NCBI GenBank assembly: GCA_965655095.1
Contig: OZ296649.1
Span: 135,718,001-135,782,000 of the forward strand
DNA length: 64,000 nt
Direction: 5' to 3'
Origin: Haplodiscus bocki
Taxonomy: Eukaryota
The translations under genes were made by a program, and so were the position numbers. Within the stretch, counting starts at the first letter, position 1; each line of letters starts with the position of its first letter. Shown here piece by piece: positions 51,885 to 64,000 of this stretch. Below the pieces are notes generated by a model. The model searched no databases and was not told the DNA's origin. It saw only the letters and a program-made list of their open reading frames with translations.

Positions 51885-52344
51885 TAAACACGATAACTTT
51901 CAACTTTTCTATTCAAAGGATGTCGCCAATTTCGATTAAAATTATTGATCAAACTTTTAGTTTTGTTAATCATAGCGTTTAATTTTCATTCGACAGCATG
52001 AATATTGTGTTTAATATAGAAATCGCATGTCATATCCAAGTTATTAGCTATTGTTATAATATTCATTTCTTCAATATGCTTAAAATTATATCCTTTTTTT
52101 AAAATCATCAAAAACCTTTTTTTAAAAAATTCTGCCAAGAAATCATTGTTTTATTATCAAATAAGTTAGACTTGACATATGTACTATATTGATTATCATT
52201 AGAAATTAAGTTAAAGTGACGTTTAATAAGCTAATAATCATATTCTTCATTGTGTTGAATAATGTATGCATTTTTGTTAAATGGTTTGATAAATTTATTG
52301 CACGGTTCACAATAAAATTTCCATTTAATTAGATTTTTTGTCAT
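51885..52344 (-). pseudogene. Polinton hypothetical protein with N-terminal CxxC
   Basis: FYCEPCNKFIK...MNIITIANNLDMTCDFYIKHN...WRHPLNRK, with internal stops. Confidence 0.5.
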
Positions 52345-52435
52345 AAAATGAACATTAAAACAAATCTACTTGAAGAATACATCAACTTTGTTGATGTCAC
52401 AAAGAAACAAAAAAAATATATTATCATTCTTTTTA

Positions 52436-52953
52436 TTATGTTCTACAAACAACACATCTTAGTACATCGATATCACCTTTATTTTGATCACATTGCTCAC
52501 AAATACACTGATGACCGCATTGTCTAAAAGCATAAACACTATCTCTTTCGCGACATATAACACACTTTTGATTTAAAAATTTTTTACTACTTCATTGTTC
52601 CCATTAATAATTGGTTTCAACCGTATCTTCATTCTCATCATCTAAAACAACATCTTCATCCTCTTCATCTTCATCTTCTCTAACATTCGGCCAACAAGTA
52701 TGTATCCGAGTATGCTCTAACACTTTGAAAGAATCTACACCACATTTTCCAAGATGATAATCAAACGGATCTAAACTATTGTTTGTCGCGTTTAATAAAG
52801 TTCCTTCTTCAATTTTATCATTTTCAATATATTTGTAATCTCATTATGACAATCTCTAGTACAATTATCGATTGAAGAATCTATTTTATGAAAGACTGGT
52901 TTATCAAATTCATATTCTTTAACAATAACATTTTCGTTCATTATACCATTCAT
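52436..52953 (-). pseudogene. RING-HC (C3HC4) finger protein with acidic linker
   Basis: CVICRERDSVYAFRQCGHQCICEQCDQNKGDIDVLRCVVCRT* at 52564-52436, preceded by EDEDEEDEDVVLDDENED in a shifted frame; absent from the ORF track. Confidence 0.8.
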
Positions 52954-53420
52954 TTATTAAGGAGGTATTTATTGAAATAAAAAATTCTTTTCAATAGTAA
53001 ATTGAAATAATTAAAATGAAATACTAGTCTTCGAAAACTGTCTGGTTTCTTTTATTATTTTCTGATTAGGTTGATGTTATCAATTACATACATATGCCCT
53101 GAACTTTAAAAAACTTGTTTCTTTTAACTGAGGTCATGAAAGACCATCCTGTTATTTTGACATCTCTTTTTTATCTCTTTAATTATACATTTATTGGACC
53201 AGAAGTTGAATAGTTTATCACTACCATATAATGCATCCGACTCACATCCGATTAAGATATAATTATCGACTTTGTCTGTTTTAATATGTTTGAATCCATA
53301 AATCTTTTTGTTTTCGGGAATAACTTCGTTTTTATTATACGATTTACACTCCATCATATCAACTATTCTCTCAAACCGTCTTTCTACAACCATTTTATCA
53401 TCTTCTTTCATCAAAATTTG

Positions 53421-56400
53421 TCATGCAGATTCAAAATCAACAATATTTTGCCTAGGTTCATATTTTCCTTCATAATGAGGAAGCATTTCATGATTTTCGT
53501 TTGCAGGTTTTCTTTTCAACAAAATAATATCGGTAGAGTATGTTTTCTTTTGAGATATTAGATTTAAACACGCCTTACAAGCTCTTACCATCTCGCAATT
53601 GAAACAATTCATTTTACATTTTATAGCACAATCACTACAAATTTTTCCACTATCACAATCTAAACAACCTTGTTTCCTATGCGGTATCTTCATTCCTTCG
53701 AATGTTTTAGTCCATTCAATCGAAAATCTACCTGATACAGTATTGCCTTCTGATAACGATATATATTCATCCAGATTTATCATTCTATGTTCTTCAGAAT
53801 AACCTTTGAACGTGCGTTTAGCCGAAATAACACCAAAATCATCAATCACTAAACAGTACTTTATCTTCGGAGCTAGAAACCAAGCATAGAATATACCCGA
53901 ATTGACGTAATCACTTTTACCTAAGCCAAGAGATTTACCAACGAATCCATTATCAACCAAGTCAGAACAGTATTTTTTGTGTATACAGAGAATCGGTATC
54001 GGTGTAGTAAATACTATTATTACAGAAACCGTCTATGTGCCTAATCACATTGTTCATTAATCTGTTACTATGTGATAAAATATACTTACCAAAATGAGAC
54101 GGCATCGTTTTTACTGATTTCGCTGTATCATAATCGTCAACGCCTTTATCACCTTCTAATTTTACTCTTAAATTACCGTTTTTCAAAGGAAACCATTCTT
54201 TGTCCCTATCATCGAAATTCTCTCTCATCCCAGTCTCAGTAACGCATTTGTATTCTTCGTTTATATCTTTTCTAATATTGCCACAGTAGACTGATATTCC
54301 GATCTTATTAGCAAGGTTTTAAAGTAAATCTTTTCCTTATGACTTAAAGAAATCTCTTTTTTCAAACATATTGGTAACAAACTCTGTATAAGGATTATAT
54401 TCTAGGTTATGACAGAAAAATCCTTCAAATACTTCCAAAATAAAACCACCATATTTAACTATTTCAACAATATCAACGCTTGTCAAAGTATCTATTACAA
54501 TCCCATTTCTCATCCTATTAATTTCCTCAAATCTATTGTTTTGTATGGGTTTTTATTCTTTTCTTTCATAGGAAGGTGTTGAAAAACTAAATTCTCGGAA
54601 TTGTGATATTTCACCATCAAAAAAGCAGATCTATTTAACTCATTCCATCTTCCGCTGTTAAGCAAACTACAAATTGATTCATTCAAATCTTTTTTAAACG
54701 TATAAGCTGTTTCTATTTTAGGCCAAGTACCATTTTCATCTATCTGAGCACTTGGATATAAACTATTAAAATCATATGATACTAACAAATCATCTTTATT
54801 AATTTTTTGTAGTTCTTTACTTATCTCCAATTCTCCTAGTTTTGTTTCCAGAAATTTATCTAATTCTTTCTTAATTATTTTTCGATAGTCTTTTTCATCA
54901 TTTTCAAATTCTAATTTAAATTTCTCGCGTTTAGTACTGATATATTTTAAATATTCATCAATTATACTCGAAATTTCATTATGATTTATTTTTAAATGAT
55001 TTTTAATAGTTAAAATGATCTCATCAAAGTGTTTAAAATCATCAACTCGAAACACCTGTTGAAAGCTCCACATCTACCACCCTTTATGCGTTTGCGAATA
55101 AAATCACGTACATATTTATCGTTAAAAGTGTAAAATTCTCGATCTTTATTTTATGTTCCAAAGCATTTCCAACCTAAACTAGCTTCTGTTAAACAGTCCT
55201 TAATACCAAATCCACTCATGTTTTGCATTTCCGTAGCATGTCTAGCATATATAAAAGCCAAACATAACACGTCTAACTTATATGGCTCCCAAATATGTCT
55301 TAAATCAGCAAAATTACTTTTATTAGTAACCGAGTGTTCAATTTCTCCTTTAAGTAGCTCTGGTTGCAATCCGTATTCTCTACCGATTTTTTCTCAAGAA
55401 CCTTTTATATGAGATTTTGAAGATGTAAATTTAACGTATTGAGGTACTTCAACTGTATTTACTATTTTAACACCACACCGGAATGATGACGATATCAAGC
55501 CTCTAGCGGTTTTTATAATTTTTAATTCTGTTATCTCTTTAACTGAGGAATTCAGTACAACCCAACTATCAAAACCACTACTATTATGCGCAACTAATAA
55601 AAGTCTATAGGAGCTAACTATCTCATCTCCGTCTTTATCAATATAAGTCCTTTCATCACCTTCGTAATTTTCTGAAATATATTTAGGCATGTTCATAACA
55701 GGGTTGCATTAGATCCATCAAAAACGGTAACATTATCTTTCTCTATCACTAATTCATCACTAGTTAAATCTCTATACCACCTATCTCTTAAACGATTCAC
55801 ATCATATAATCCAGCTGCATATCCTTCTGCAAATTCTTGATAGTTAACTGTCTCTAAATCAAATACGAACACATTTTCTAATTGATCTATTGTTTCATGC
55901 TTATGAAATCTATAACGAATTCTTTGTTTTTTATTATTTTCGTTTATTTTATTTTCAACATATTTGAAATTTTTATCTATCTCTTCTACCCCATTAAGCA
56001 AAGAATCTTTTCTTATTTTTCTTCAAAAAAACACAATAATGATTTTTATGAATGTGTACACATATGTCCCACTGTTTAACAGTCCTAGGTAGAATTCTTT
56101 TGTTTTTAGGATCATATATTCCAATATCTATTTTATATCGTTCACAAAAATTGGTATTCTACAACGAGTCATAACATTTGTTCTTCTCTTATATGATTGA
56201 ATGAATCCGAAATACTCCATGCTAAAGTCTTTCTTGAAAACAAAAGTTAATACATTTGAGGAAGCATCCGTTTCCATTTGGTATATAACAGTTTTCACAT
56301 TCATATTCCAATATATTATTAAATTCGTTAGCTCCTCTTCCATCTTCAGATCCGTTTAGTCGTTTAAAATTTCTAAAAAACCCATAAAAATTACCTGTAT

Positions 56401-57030
56401 AATATAAAGAAGGATGATCATCGTATTTGTCTAATATTTTGTCCATGAACTTGGCTAATTCATTACTATCTTCAAAAAATCTATTAGTATCGATCTCTTC
56501 TTCGTCACCTAGAATAAAATACCCATTCGTAAAAAACCCATTTCTCAAATTTTCCATATCTTCTTTGAGAGTGTTTACTGGTAATTCATTGTATTCAATC
56601 TTGTTTTCTGCTAATTCGAGGAATAAACCGAGATCTATCTCATTATCTTCTTTTTTCAACAAATTCTGTAAAATCAAACGGGTTTCCTAGAGAATGTTTT
56701 TAATTCTCTTTTTTAATTGTTTAATTTTTAGTTTAACTTCATCTTTTACCTCTTCAATGTGCGAAATTATTTTTAATACGTCTATTTTATTTCTAATATC
56801 GGTTTTTGATTCAATTCACTCATTAAGTCGCGAAGAAAGTTCCCAAAATTTTCGATCTTTCTGTCTCCTTCTTCGTATGGTTTTTTTAATTCTATTGATT
56901 TGAGAGATCTCATGTTTTTTTTATTATTTTCATCTATATCAATTGCTAACATTTTAATTTTTTTATTCACTACAGCTCTAGCTGTTATTTCTTTTCTCAG
57001 TTGCTTGTTAAATGAAGAATTGTGTTCCAT
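53421..57030 (-). pseudogene. Protein-primed family B DNA polymerase (pPolB), frameshifted
   Basis: Exo I FVFDLET, Exo II AHNSSGFD, Exo III YKLDVLCL, YDFNSLYPS, KIGISVYCGNIRKD, YTDTDS, LAPKIKY; the N-terminal part may be the terminal-protein region. Confidence 0.93.
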
Positions 57031-57089
57031 TTATAAGGAATAAATTTATTGAATTAAAAATATCTATTCAATAAAACATAAAAAACAAA

Positions 57090-57388
57090 ATGGCTAATGA
57101 AACTTGAACCGTGTGTAATATTGAAAAACATATCAACAATTTTTACAAAAATTATTCAGATTGTAAAGAATGTAATATCAAAAGAGGTGTAAAACGTTAA
57201 TATGAAAATATTGATAAAAAATCAATTCAACAAAAAATATATTACGGAAAAAATAGAGATAAACTATTACAGAAACAAAATGATTACAGAAAGAAAAGAA
57301 ACACAGATTATAAAGAAATACTTAGATCCTATGTTGATTTACAAAATAAAATTGAAAGCATTGGAAGAAAATTTGTCAAGGAATGACT
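57090..57388 (+). pseudogene. Small Cys-containing protein upstream of the integrase
   Basis: VCNIEKHINNFYKNYSDCKECNIKRG followed by a basic/helical region, with stops. Confidence 0.45.
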
Positions 57389-58230
57389 CAGAAAACAAAC
57401 AAAATTTTCATAGATGAAATATATTCCAAACCACCTAAAAAGAATTATCCAACAGATAAAACCGAAGTTAACTCTATCGATTACATTTGGACTTTAGATA
57501 ATTTAGACCTAAAAGATTACGGTCCCGAAAACAATAGAGGATACAGATATGTTTTAGTTATCATAGACAATTTTTCAAAAATTGGTTGGACAGTTCCTTT
57601 AAAAAATAAAAATGCTTAAACAATAAAAGACTCTTCCGAAAAAAATTTGAAAAGTTGAAAAAAAAACCAAATTTAATCGAAACTGATCGAGGTGAGGAAT
57701 TTTATAACATTATTCTTCAAGGTTTATTAAATAACAATAACATCAAGCTCTATTCAAGAAATAGTTCATTGGGCAGTCTTTTTGCAGAAAGATTTAATCG
57801 TAACTTAGAGATCTCCTTAAACGACCTGTTTTTGAAAAGAGTGAAACCGATTGGATTGATGTAATACCCACAAAAACGAAACAATATAATGGAATACATT
57901 AAACCGACTAGGTTGACGCCGATTCAATCTAGTTTAAAAAAGAATGAAGGTTATGTTTACAATAATTTATTAGATAATCGTAAGAAAGTGAAACCAAGGT
58001 TTCAAGTAAATGATCTTGTTAGAAGAGCAGATTTAAAGAGAACTTTCTCAAAAGGAGATACAACAAATTGGTCGTATAATTTGTATGAAATCACAGAAAG
58101 TTTTAATGATATAATACCGAGTTATCGCATTGACAATTTACCAGAAAGATATAATGAAGCCTTACTAAAAAAGACAAATTTAACAATGAAAGAAAACAAA
58201 GATGTTATGATAAAATTAAATGTCACGTAG
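57383..58230 (+). pseudogene. Retroviral-like (rve) DDE integrase
   Basis: WTLDNLDL (D), YVLVIIDNFSK, IETDRGEEF (D), AERFNR (E), FSKGDTTNWS; one stop and frameshifts. Confidence 0.93.
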
Positions 58231-59479
58231 ATCAAATCAAAATGTCGTTGTCCATCACTGCTGATAGAAACTAATTTGTTTGTCAAAACTAGAGCATATC
58301 CGTTGATGTCATTAGGGACAACTCCATCAAATTTGAATTCTACTTTGATTGGTTGAGAAATTGTATAGTTTTTTTGATACCTTATATCGAAAACATATAA
58401 ATTATAACCAACATCATCAGCCCTAAAATTGCAAGATCTGAAATCATCATCTGATATATATGGTTGAAGGATATCATCTTTTGTTAAAGCCCTAGAAGCT
58501 TCTTCGATTTGACTATAACCCTGATTATAATCATCATCATCATAATTTAATAATATACCACTATCAGGACACTTTTCTGTCCCGATAATGCATTGAGACC
58601 TAACAACAGGTAATCTACAAAAAGTATCATTATTCAAGTTTTGACTATCTTGCCTATCTCGTAGTTGAAATTCTATAATTATCCATATAGGAACATTCAT
58701 ACTTTTTTGACTACCCAATTCGAAATTCCATAGATTTTGATAGATTACTTCTTTCATAAAAACACTTCGTTCAACATATGTGAGTTCTGTTGGTATCTTA
58801 TCGAAAATCTGTTTCATTAATATCTTTTCTTGTTGAACATTAGATGTGTAATGAGGTACATACCAATGAATGTGATCGATTTTAAATCTAGCATCAGCGG
58901 TACCTACAGCTTTGTCTATAACAGCTTCATCTTTATTTCTTGTTGGAGTCAAATTACAACCGAGGCCATAACTGGTTTTTCTTGACATTCTGCAAAACCA
59001 AAGACATCCTTGAGCATAATTCTGAGATGATATTTACCTTTTACGTTTTTGTTTTGAGCTAGCTCGTCTTTTCTTCTGTTACGACTACGATCAAAACCAA
59101 AAGATAAGTCATGACAATCTTTACTTGATGTTATTAGTTTATACATTAGAGAAACAAGATGGGCATGGCTAACATCTTCCAAATGCTTTCCACTGCCAGT
59201 TGTCAATTTAAAATTACTAAACAACGCAATAGGTCCTACATTAAATAATCGTATATCATTACCGTTAGCATATCTACTATCATCAGCTTTTTAATAACTT
59301 CAAAGTTTATATCAAGATAACTATTTAATAAACTAATAACAACTGTCTTCTCTAGGTATGCTGAGATATATCTGACTATTAGGAGTGTTTATTGTAGATG
59401 TCTCTGCAGGTGAATAATGAAAATGATAACATTTCAGAATTCCCCGATCCACTTCGTAACTTTCATTTAGTTTAAACAT
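58228..59479 (-). pseudogene. Putative double-jelly-roll major capsid protein
   Basis: About 415 codons over three frames; IDHIHWYVPHY, PIWIIIEFQ, LYVFDIRYQ motifs typical of Polinton MCPs. Confidence 0.78.
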
Positions 59480-59554
59480 TTATGTAGCAAAAAACATGTA
59501 TACGTACAATTATATGAGTACTTTCATAGAAATATATGCAGATTTATACTTAGC

Positions 59555-60402
59555 TTTACAATAGATAACATTCAAATGAAATTTGTTTATGTTCTTTCTT
59601 AGATATACATTTGTATTCTAATAAATTATCAACTATAGCAATAATTTCCTAGTTAATGAAGTTAGAATTATTTCCAGCGTGTTTTTCTTGTAGTAATAAT
59701 GTTAATCTATTACATAATTCGTTAGGATCAGATGAAAAAAATATTGTTTTTCAAACACCTGAAGCAGAAACCATTGAACCTGGTGATTTAAGTAATTTTA
59801 TAAGAGTTCTATCTCTAGTACATGGTCGACCGGTAGCTTTTATATCGAAGTGCATTTCCTCTGCAAAATCATACATTAATTTTTTATCCTGTAAACTAGC
59901 AAGATCAACGTTATAGTTTTTGTTCGTTATCATTTTCAAAAGATCTTTCAATTCGAATTCTTCACCTGTGTCACGAAATGTTAACAAATTGTCATGTAAA
60001 GTAATTGGTATTGTATTCATTATTAAAAAATCATTGACTCTATGTGAGCTAGAATCCTTAACTAATCTGAATTCAGTAGTATTTTCAGGATTAGTGATTT
60101 CAGATAGAGGAGACATGAAATATGTTGCTAATATACCTCTACCACTCATTACTTCTAGAAGTTTCTTGTTTAAATTCCCTAATGCTTCGTTGTTATTATA
60201 AGAAGTTTCTGTTGTTGTCTTCGTTACCTTTTCAGAGACATCTTTAATAAATTTAGTGACGTGTTCGAATACTTTTTTCATGTCTTCCATGAAAATTTTG
60301 TTTACCTGATTTATCTTGCAATCTGACTTTCACTTGATTTTGTAATGAAGCCAGCTCTTCTAATTTTTTCAAATCTTCTCCATCTTCAATTGAATAAAAC
60401 AT
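59555..60402 (-). pseudogene. Conserved Polinton protein (C-terminal DPNEL..RL.LL....AGN motif)
   Basis: SSDPNELCNRLTLLLQEKHAGNNS...EIIAIVDNLLEYKCI near 59600-59740. Confidence 0.65.
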
Positions 60403-60535
60403 TTAGAAGAATGTGAATGTGTTTGTCTACAGAAAATGTGAATGAGATCTACTCTTATACGTGTAATTATAGTTTTATTCATACTTTTATAAGAGTAAAT
60501 CCAGGAATACTTGTGTGAATAAGAGTCATAACTTC

Positions 60536-61388
60536 TCGAAAAGGTTTCGTTTCAGGAGTAGATTCTATATACTTTTTTTTGCTCTTGTTACAAATACAAT
60601 ATCTTCCTTGTTCTCTCTAATTTCATCTATCGATAAAAAAATAATTATAATCTTCTCCCGGTGATTTTCTGCATAATTTTTTGAATTCATCATAACTCAT
60701 ATCATAACCTGCTACATCTCTATATATAAATGTTCAATATCTTTTAACGTTTGATTAAACAGAATAATTTTATTACTATTATTTCTTATAGTTCTCCTTG
60801 GCAAATCAAAATAGGATTGTGATAAATATTGAATGTCTAAATCATTATGGCGTCCTCTAATGAAGTATTGGTCTACAAGTCTGCTATTTGATGAACATAA
60901 AACATCACCAAAAACTATGATAGCATTTTCATATTCGTTTAGAGGTTTTATTTCGAAGTATTGGTCTACAAGTCTGCTATTTGATGAACATAAAATATCA
61001 CCAAAAACTATGATAGCCTTTTCATATTCGTTTAGAGGTTTTATCTCATCACTTTTTTTCTTTAATTTTGATTTTAGAATTGGAATACTGTTCTGGATGT
61101 CATTTAGTGATTATATAAAAAACTCGATCTGGTATTCGTGAAAGAATTTTTAACATCAAATAGGTTTTACCCGAAAAACTAGGGCCGACCAATAGTGTTC
61201 GATTGTTATTGTTATTAGTACCGTTTTCAATTTTTGGTTGTTGGTAAGAAACAGCAGTTTTGTTTTGGATTAAATTGTTATCCTTGTTTTCTTTTATTTT
61301 TATTGTAACAGCTTTTACAAACAGTTCGATCTTTCTTGTAATTATTTACATCTATCTTTATACTACATGCTCTACAATTTCGATTCAT
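60536..61388 (-). pseudogene. A32/FtsK-HerA-type DNA packaging ATPase with an N-terminal CxxC..CxxC segment
   Basis: Walker A LLVGPSFSGKT, Walker B AIIVF(G)D, RGRH, YLSQSYFDLP, IRNNSN. Confidence 0.9.
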
Positions 61389-61528
61389 TTAATAAACAGA
61401 ACAGTTCACAATAAACAGATCAGAACAGTTCACATCGAACAGAACAGTTCAAAGTGAACACAGCAATTCACATTGAACAGAACAGTTCTATGTTCTAGGT
61501 TGAAATATTTTTATTTTTATGTTCATAT

Positions 61529-62064
61529 TTATAAACAAGATTCTTTTTTAGTTTCATCAACATATTTACTAAAAATATTACACAGACTTTCAAATTCATT
61601 TTCATCAATTAGATTATCTTGAAAAGATTTCATGTATAAATTATCAAAAGAATTTATTGTTTGTTGATCTTTTTCAGATTGTTTTGTGTTTTTATATTTA
61701 TCTATAATTATCTCATATAATACTTTAATACCAATTGATAATCCGCATGCTGTTGCAGTTGATATTGGAATAGCTATCCTGTAAGGAAACCGATTCCTGT
61801 AAGACTCAAAGTAATAGAACTAGATGTTGTGGTAATAATAACAAATGTATCGAATGATTTTAATATTGTAGTTAGTGCTTTATATTTTTTATAATTCCTT
61901 TTTGACTCGTTATTTTTTTCTTTGGAGTATTGAATCATTTCTTTTAATGTTATTAAATGAATTGTTGAAGGAATTCACGTTGTTTAGTTTTTTTCTAATC
62001 GTTGTTCTAAATCAATATTTTCTAATGGTGCAGATGGGTATGATCTTTCTGTTTTTTGGTCCAT
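61529..62064 (-). pseudogene. Polinton membrane-associated protein (coiled coil plus hydrophobic hairpin)
   Basis: MDQKTERSYPSAPLEN...; FVIITTTSSSITLSLTGIG...IAIPISTATACGLSIG; ...QDNLIDENEF. Confidence 0.6.
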
Positions 62065-62078
62065 TTATACAACATAAT

Positions 62079-62475
62079 TTAAACAAATTTGCCTAGGTGA
62101 AGACCTTTTCCGGTGTAGTAAAACGTTATCAGCTCTGGTAATGTTGATAGAGCCTGTTCAGAAGTTTCAGAAACAGCTGCTGTAGCTATTTTTGCTGTTA
62201 AATCTAAGGCTCGTCCCGGATTACTTAATACGTTTTTTACCATCTTTTTTTGATACATTGAGTCCTTTTTTACCTAGATTTATGAAAAAGTCGCCGAGAG
62301 CTTCTGCTTGTATATTATTATCACTAACAGTCATAGATTTTTTTCTATTACAAACTGAACAATAACCAATCAATACTTTATTACCTTCGGAGGTTATATC
62401 ACCATAAATGTTTTTTGTAGCAGATCGATGTCTAGCTCCAACGCAATTATCGCTTTCAAAGTTTTGAAAGCTCAT
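62079..62475 (-). pseudogene. Zn-ribbon plus amphipathic-helix virion/core-like protein
   Basis: GYCSVCNRKKSMTV...AEALGDFFINLGKKG...ALSTLPELITFYYTGKGL. Confidence 0.55.
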
Positions 62476-62657
62476 TTATTACACAAATAAGCAGAATTAC
62501 TCGTATATATGTATGTATACACAGATATAAATACTGAAGTAATTGCATGTATACACGTTTATTATCACTCGTGTAAATATAAACATACATAAATACTCAT
62601 ATAATTGTATGAATACACAAATATAATAACTCATATAATTGTATGTATAATGTTAGT

Positions 62658-63749
62658 TCAAACTTCAATCATTTGTAATGTAAATGTCAATGTTCCTCCG
62701 TTAAAATTGACTTCTTTGTGATTGTCCTTTTCCAAATAAAATGTTATAGTGTTCAAAACAGATTTTTTTATAGTGTATTGTTTCAGGTTCGCAAAAGATT
62801 TTATAACGGCTTGGTTTATCTAAAACAAAACCGAAAAGTATAGGCTGACGTATTCCATTTACGACATTACCATCGACAACGTCACATTTCAAATGAATTT
62901 TATCAGCTGTACTTAAATTTAAATTCTTATCAGTAGTATAGAAACCAGGGCTATCAGAATAAATTATAAAAGTAGTTTTATAATCCCAATAAGGTGTAAA
63001 TTTCAATAAAGTATGAAAGAAAGATCGTTCATCGAACCTTAACGTTCCAAAAGTACTACCAAAACGGGTTAAATTAAGTTTTGTTTTCCTTGTTATGTCA
63101 TCATATTCAATTCTTAAAGTTCCTTCATGATCACCAAGAGGAAAAACAGCCTCTGTAATATCTTTAATTGTGTAAATGTCTGGTGTTAATTTATAAGTGA
63201 CAAAATTTGAATTATACTGTTTTAAAATTAATTGAATATCATCTTCATCTAAACCAATTACAATTCTAAGATAACTTTCAAAATCTCTAAAAGGAGATCT
63301 GGCTTGAGCCATTAATATTATAATAAAACCATCAGTGTTTGATTTTTCCAATCTTAATTTCCTATTTGCTTCAATAATAAGATGTCCTATTTTTTCATGT
63401 TGTAGATGATATGGTGTATTATCTGAAATACTAAGGATCTCTTCAAGTTCATCCTTTAACTCTGTAAAGGAAAATTCATCAAATGTGTCTGTACAAAGTT
63501 CAAATTTATTATTTTCTTCTGTTGAAAAAATTATTATATACTTCTAGACTCGTTAATCCTAACATCCAAGATCCTTGAGTCGATATAGGTGGGTTGAAAT
63601 GAAATATCTCTCTTGATTTGGTAAGTTCAAATTCCAATGTCTCTTCTGCTTTTCTATGGGTTTGCTGAATAAGCGTTTCACAGTTTTTCGTTATTGATAA
63701 TAAAAACTCTTCTGTTTTGTTTTTTAGGTCTAATTAAATTTAGATTCAC
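62658..63749 (-). pseudogene. Minor capsid (penton-like) protein 1
   Basis: GSWMLGLTSLEVYN...IHLKCDVVDGNVVNGIRQPILFGFVLDKP...ITFYLEKDNHKEVNFNGGTLTFTLQM. Confidence 0.75.
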
Positions 63750-63754
63750 TTATA

Positions 63755-64000
63755 ATATTTTAATTAGTTAGCAAGTAAAACTGATCGTTTCACCATTAAA
63801 ATCTACTGGTTTGTGATTGTCATCTTCCAAATAAAATCTTATATGAGATAGAACAGATTTATGTAACTTTTTAAAAAGTTTTACTCTTGGTTTTTTATAT
63901 TTTTTTCTCCCCGGTTTTTGATCAAGAGCAAAAGAGTATAAATTTTGTTCGCAATGCCGTTGACTATGCTTCCTTGTATACAATCGGCTTTCAAACGAAT
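63755..64000 (-). pseudogene. Minor capsid (penton-like) protein 2, C-terminus
   Basis: LYSFALDQKPG...KSVLSHIRFYLEDDNHKPVDFNGETISFTC, paralogous to the C-terminus of the neighbouring gene. Confidence 0.72.

Larger units (their letters stand above)
50611..64000. mobile_element. Endogenous Polinton/Maverick (adintovirus-like) element, decayed, extending beyond the window
   Basis: Shift to intronless, very AT-rich, gene-dense DNA with pPolB, rve integrase, MCP, packaging ATPase and penton-like genes; left boundary approximate. Confidence 0.93.

Noticed and set aside
58122-58230. Long MCP/integrase overlap
   Set aside because: Probably loss of the MCP stop codon in this decayed copy
50820-61496. 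CRISPR-like arrays among the short repeats at ~50830 and ~61400
   Set aside because: No unique regular spacers, no cas genes, eukaryotic context

Overview
AT-rich eukaryotic (animal-like) genomic DNA in two parts. (1) 1 to ~40.7 kb: one large multi-exon minus-strand gene for a PARP4/vault-PARP-like protein. I traced 19 exons by hand with phase-consistent splice sites. They encode WGR-like/regulatory, PARP catalytic (H-Y-E), VIT and vWA regions. The same reading frame then continues into an unassigned helical region, an internal ubiquitin-like domain ending in LRLRGG, an N-terminal actin fragment whose D-loop region is 20/20 identical to actin 36-55, and a long Pro-rich tandem repeat that runs off the window. 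The introns hold decayed Penelope-like retroelements, a minimal hammerhead ribozyme, tRNA-derived SINEs, nested MITEs and degenerate ~170-180-bp arrays. (2) ~50.6 kb to the end: a decayed endogenous Polinton/Maverick (adintovirus-like) element with pPolB, rve integrase, major capsid, packaging ATPase, two tandem penton-like genes, a RING-HC gene and a hairpin at its left junction. The top candidate for a new system is the PARP4-Ubl(GG)-actin D-loop-polyproline chimera. Exon models are manual predictions, and novelty has not been checked against databases.
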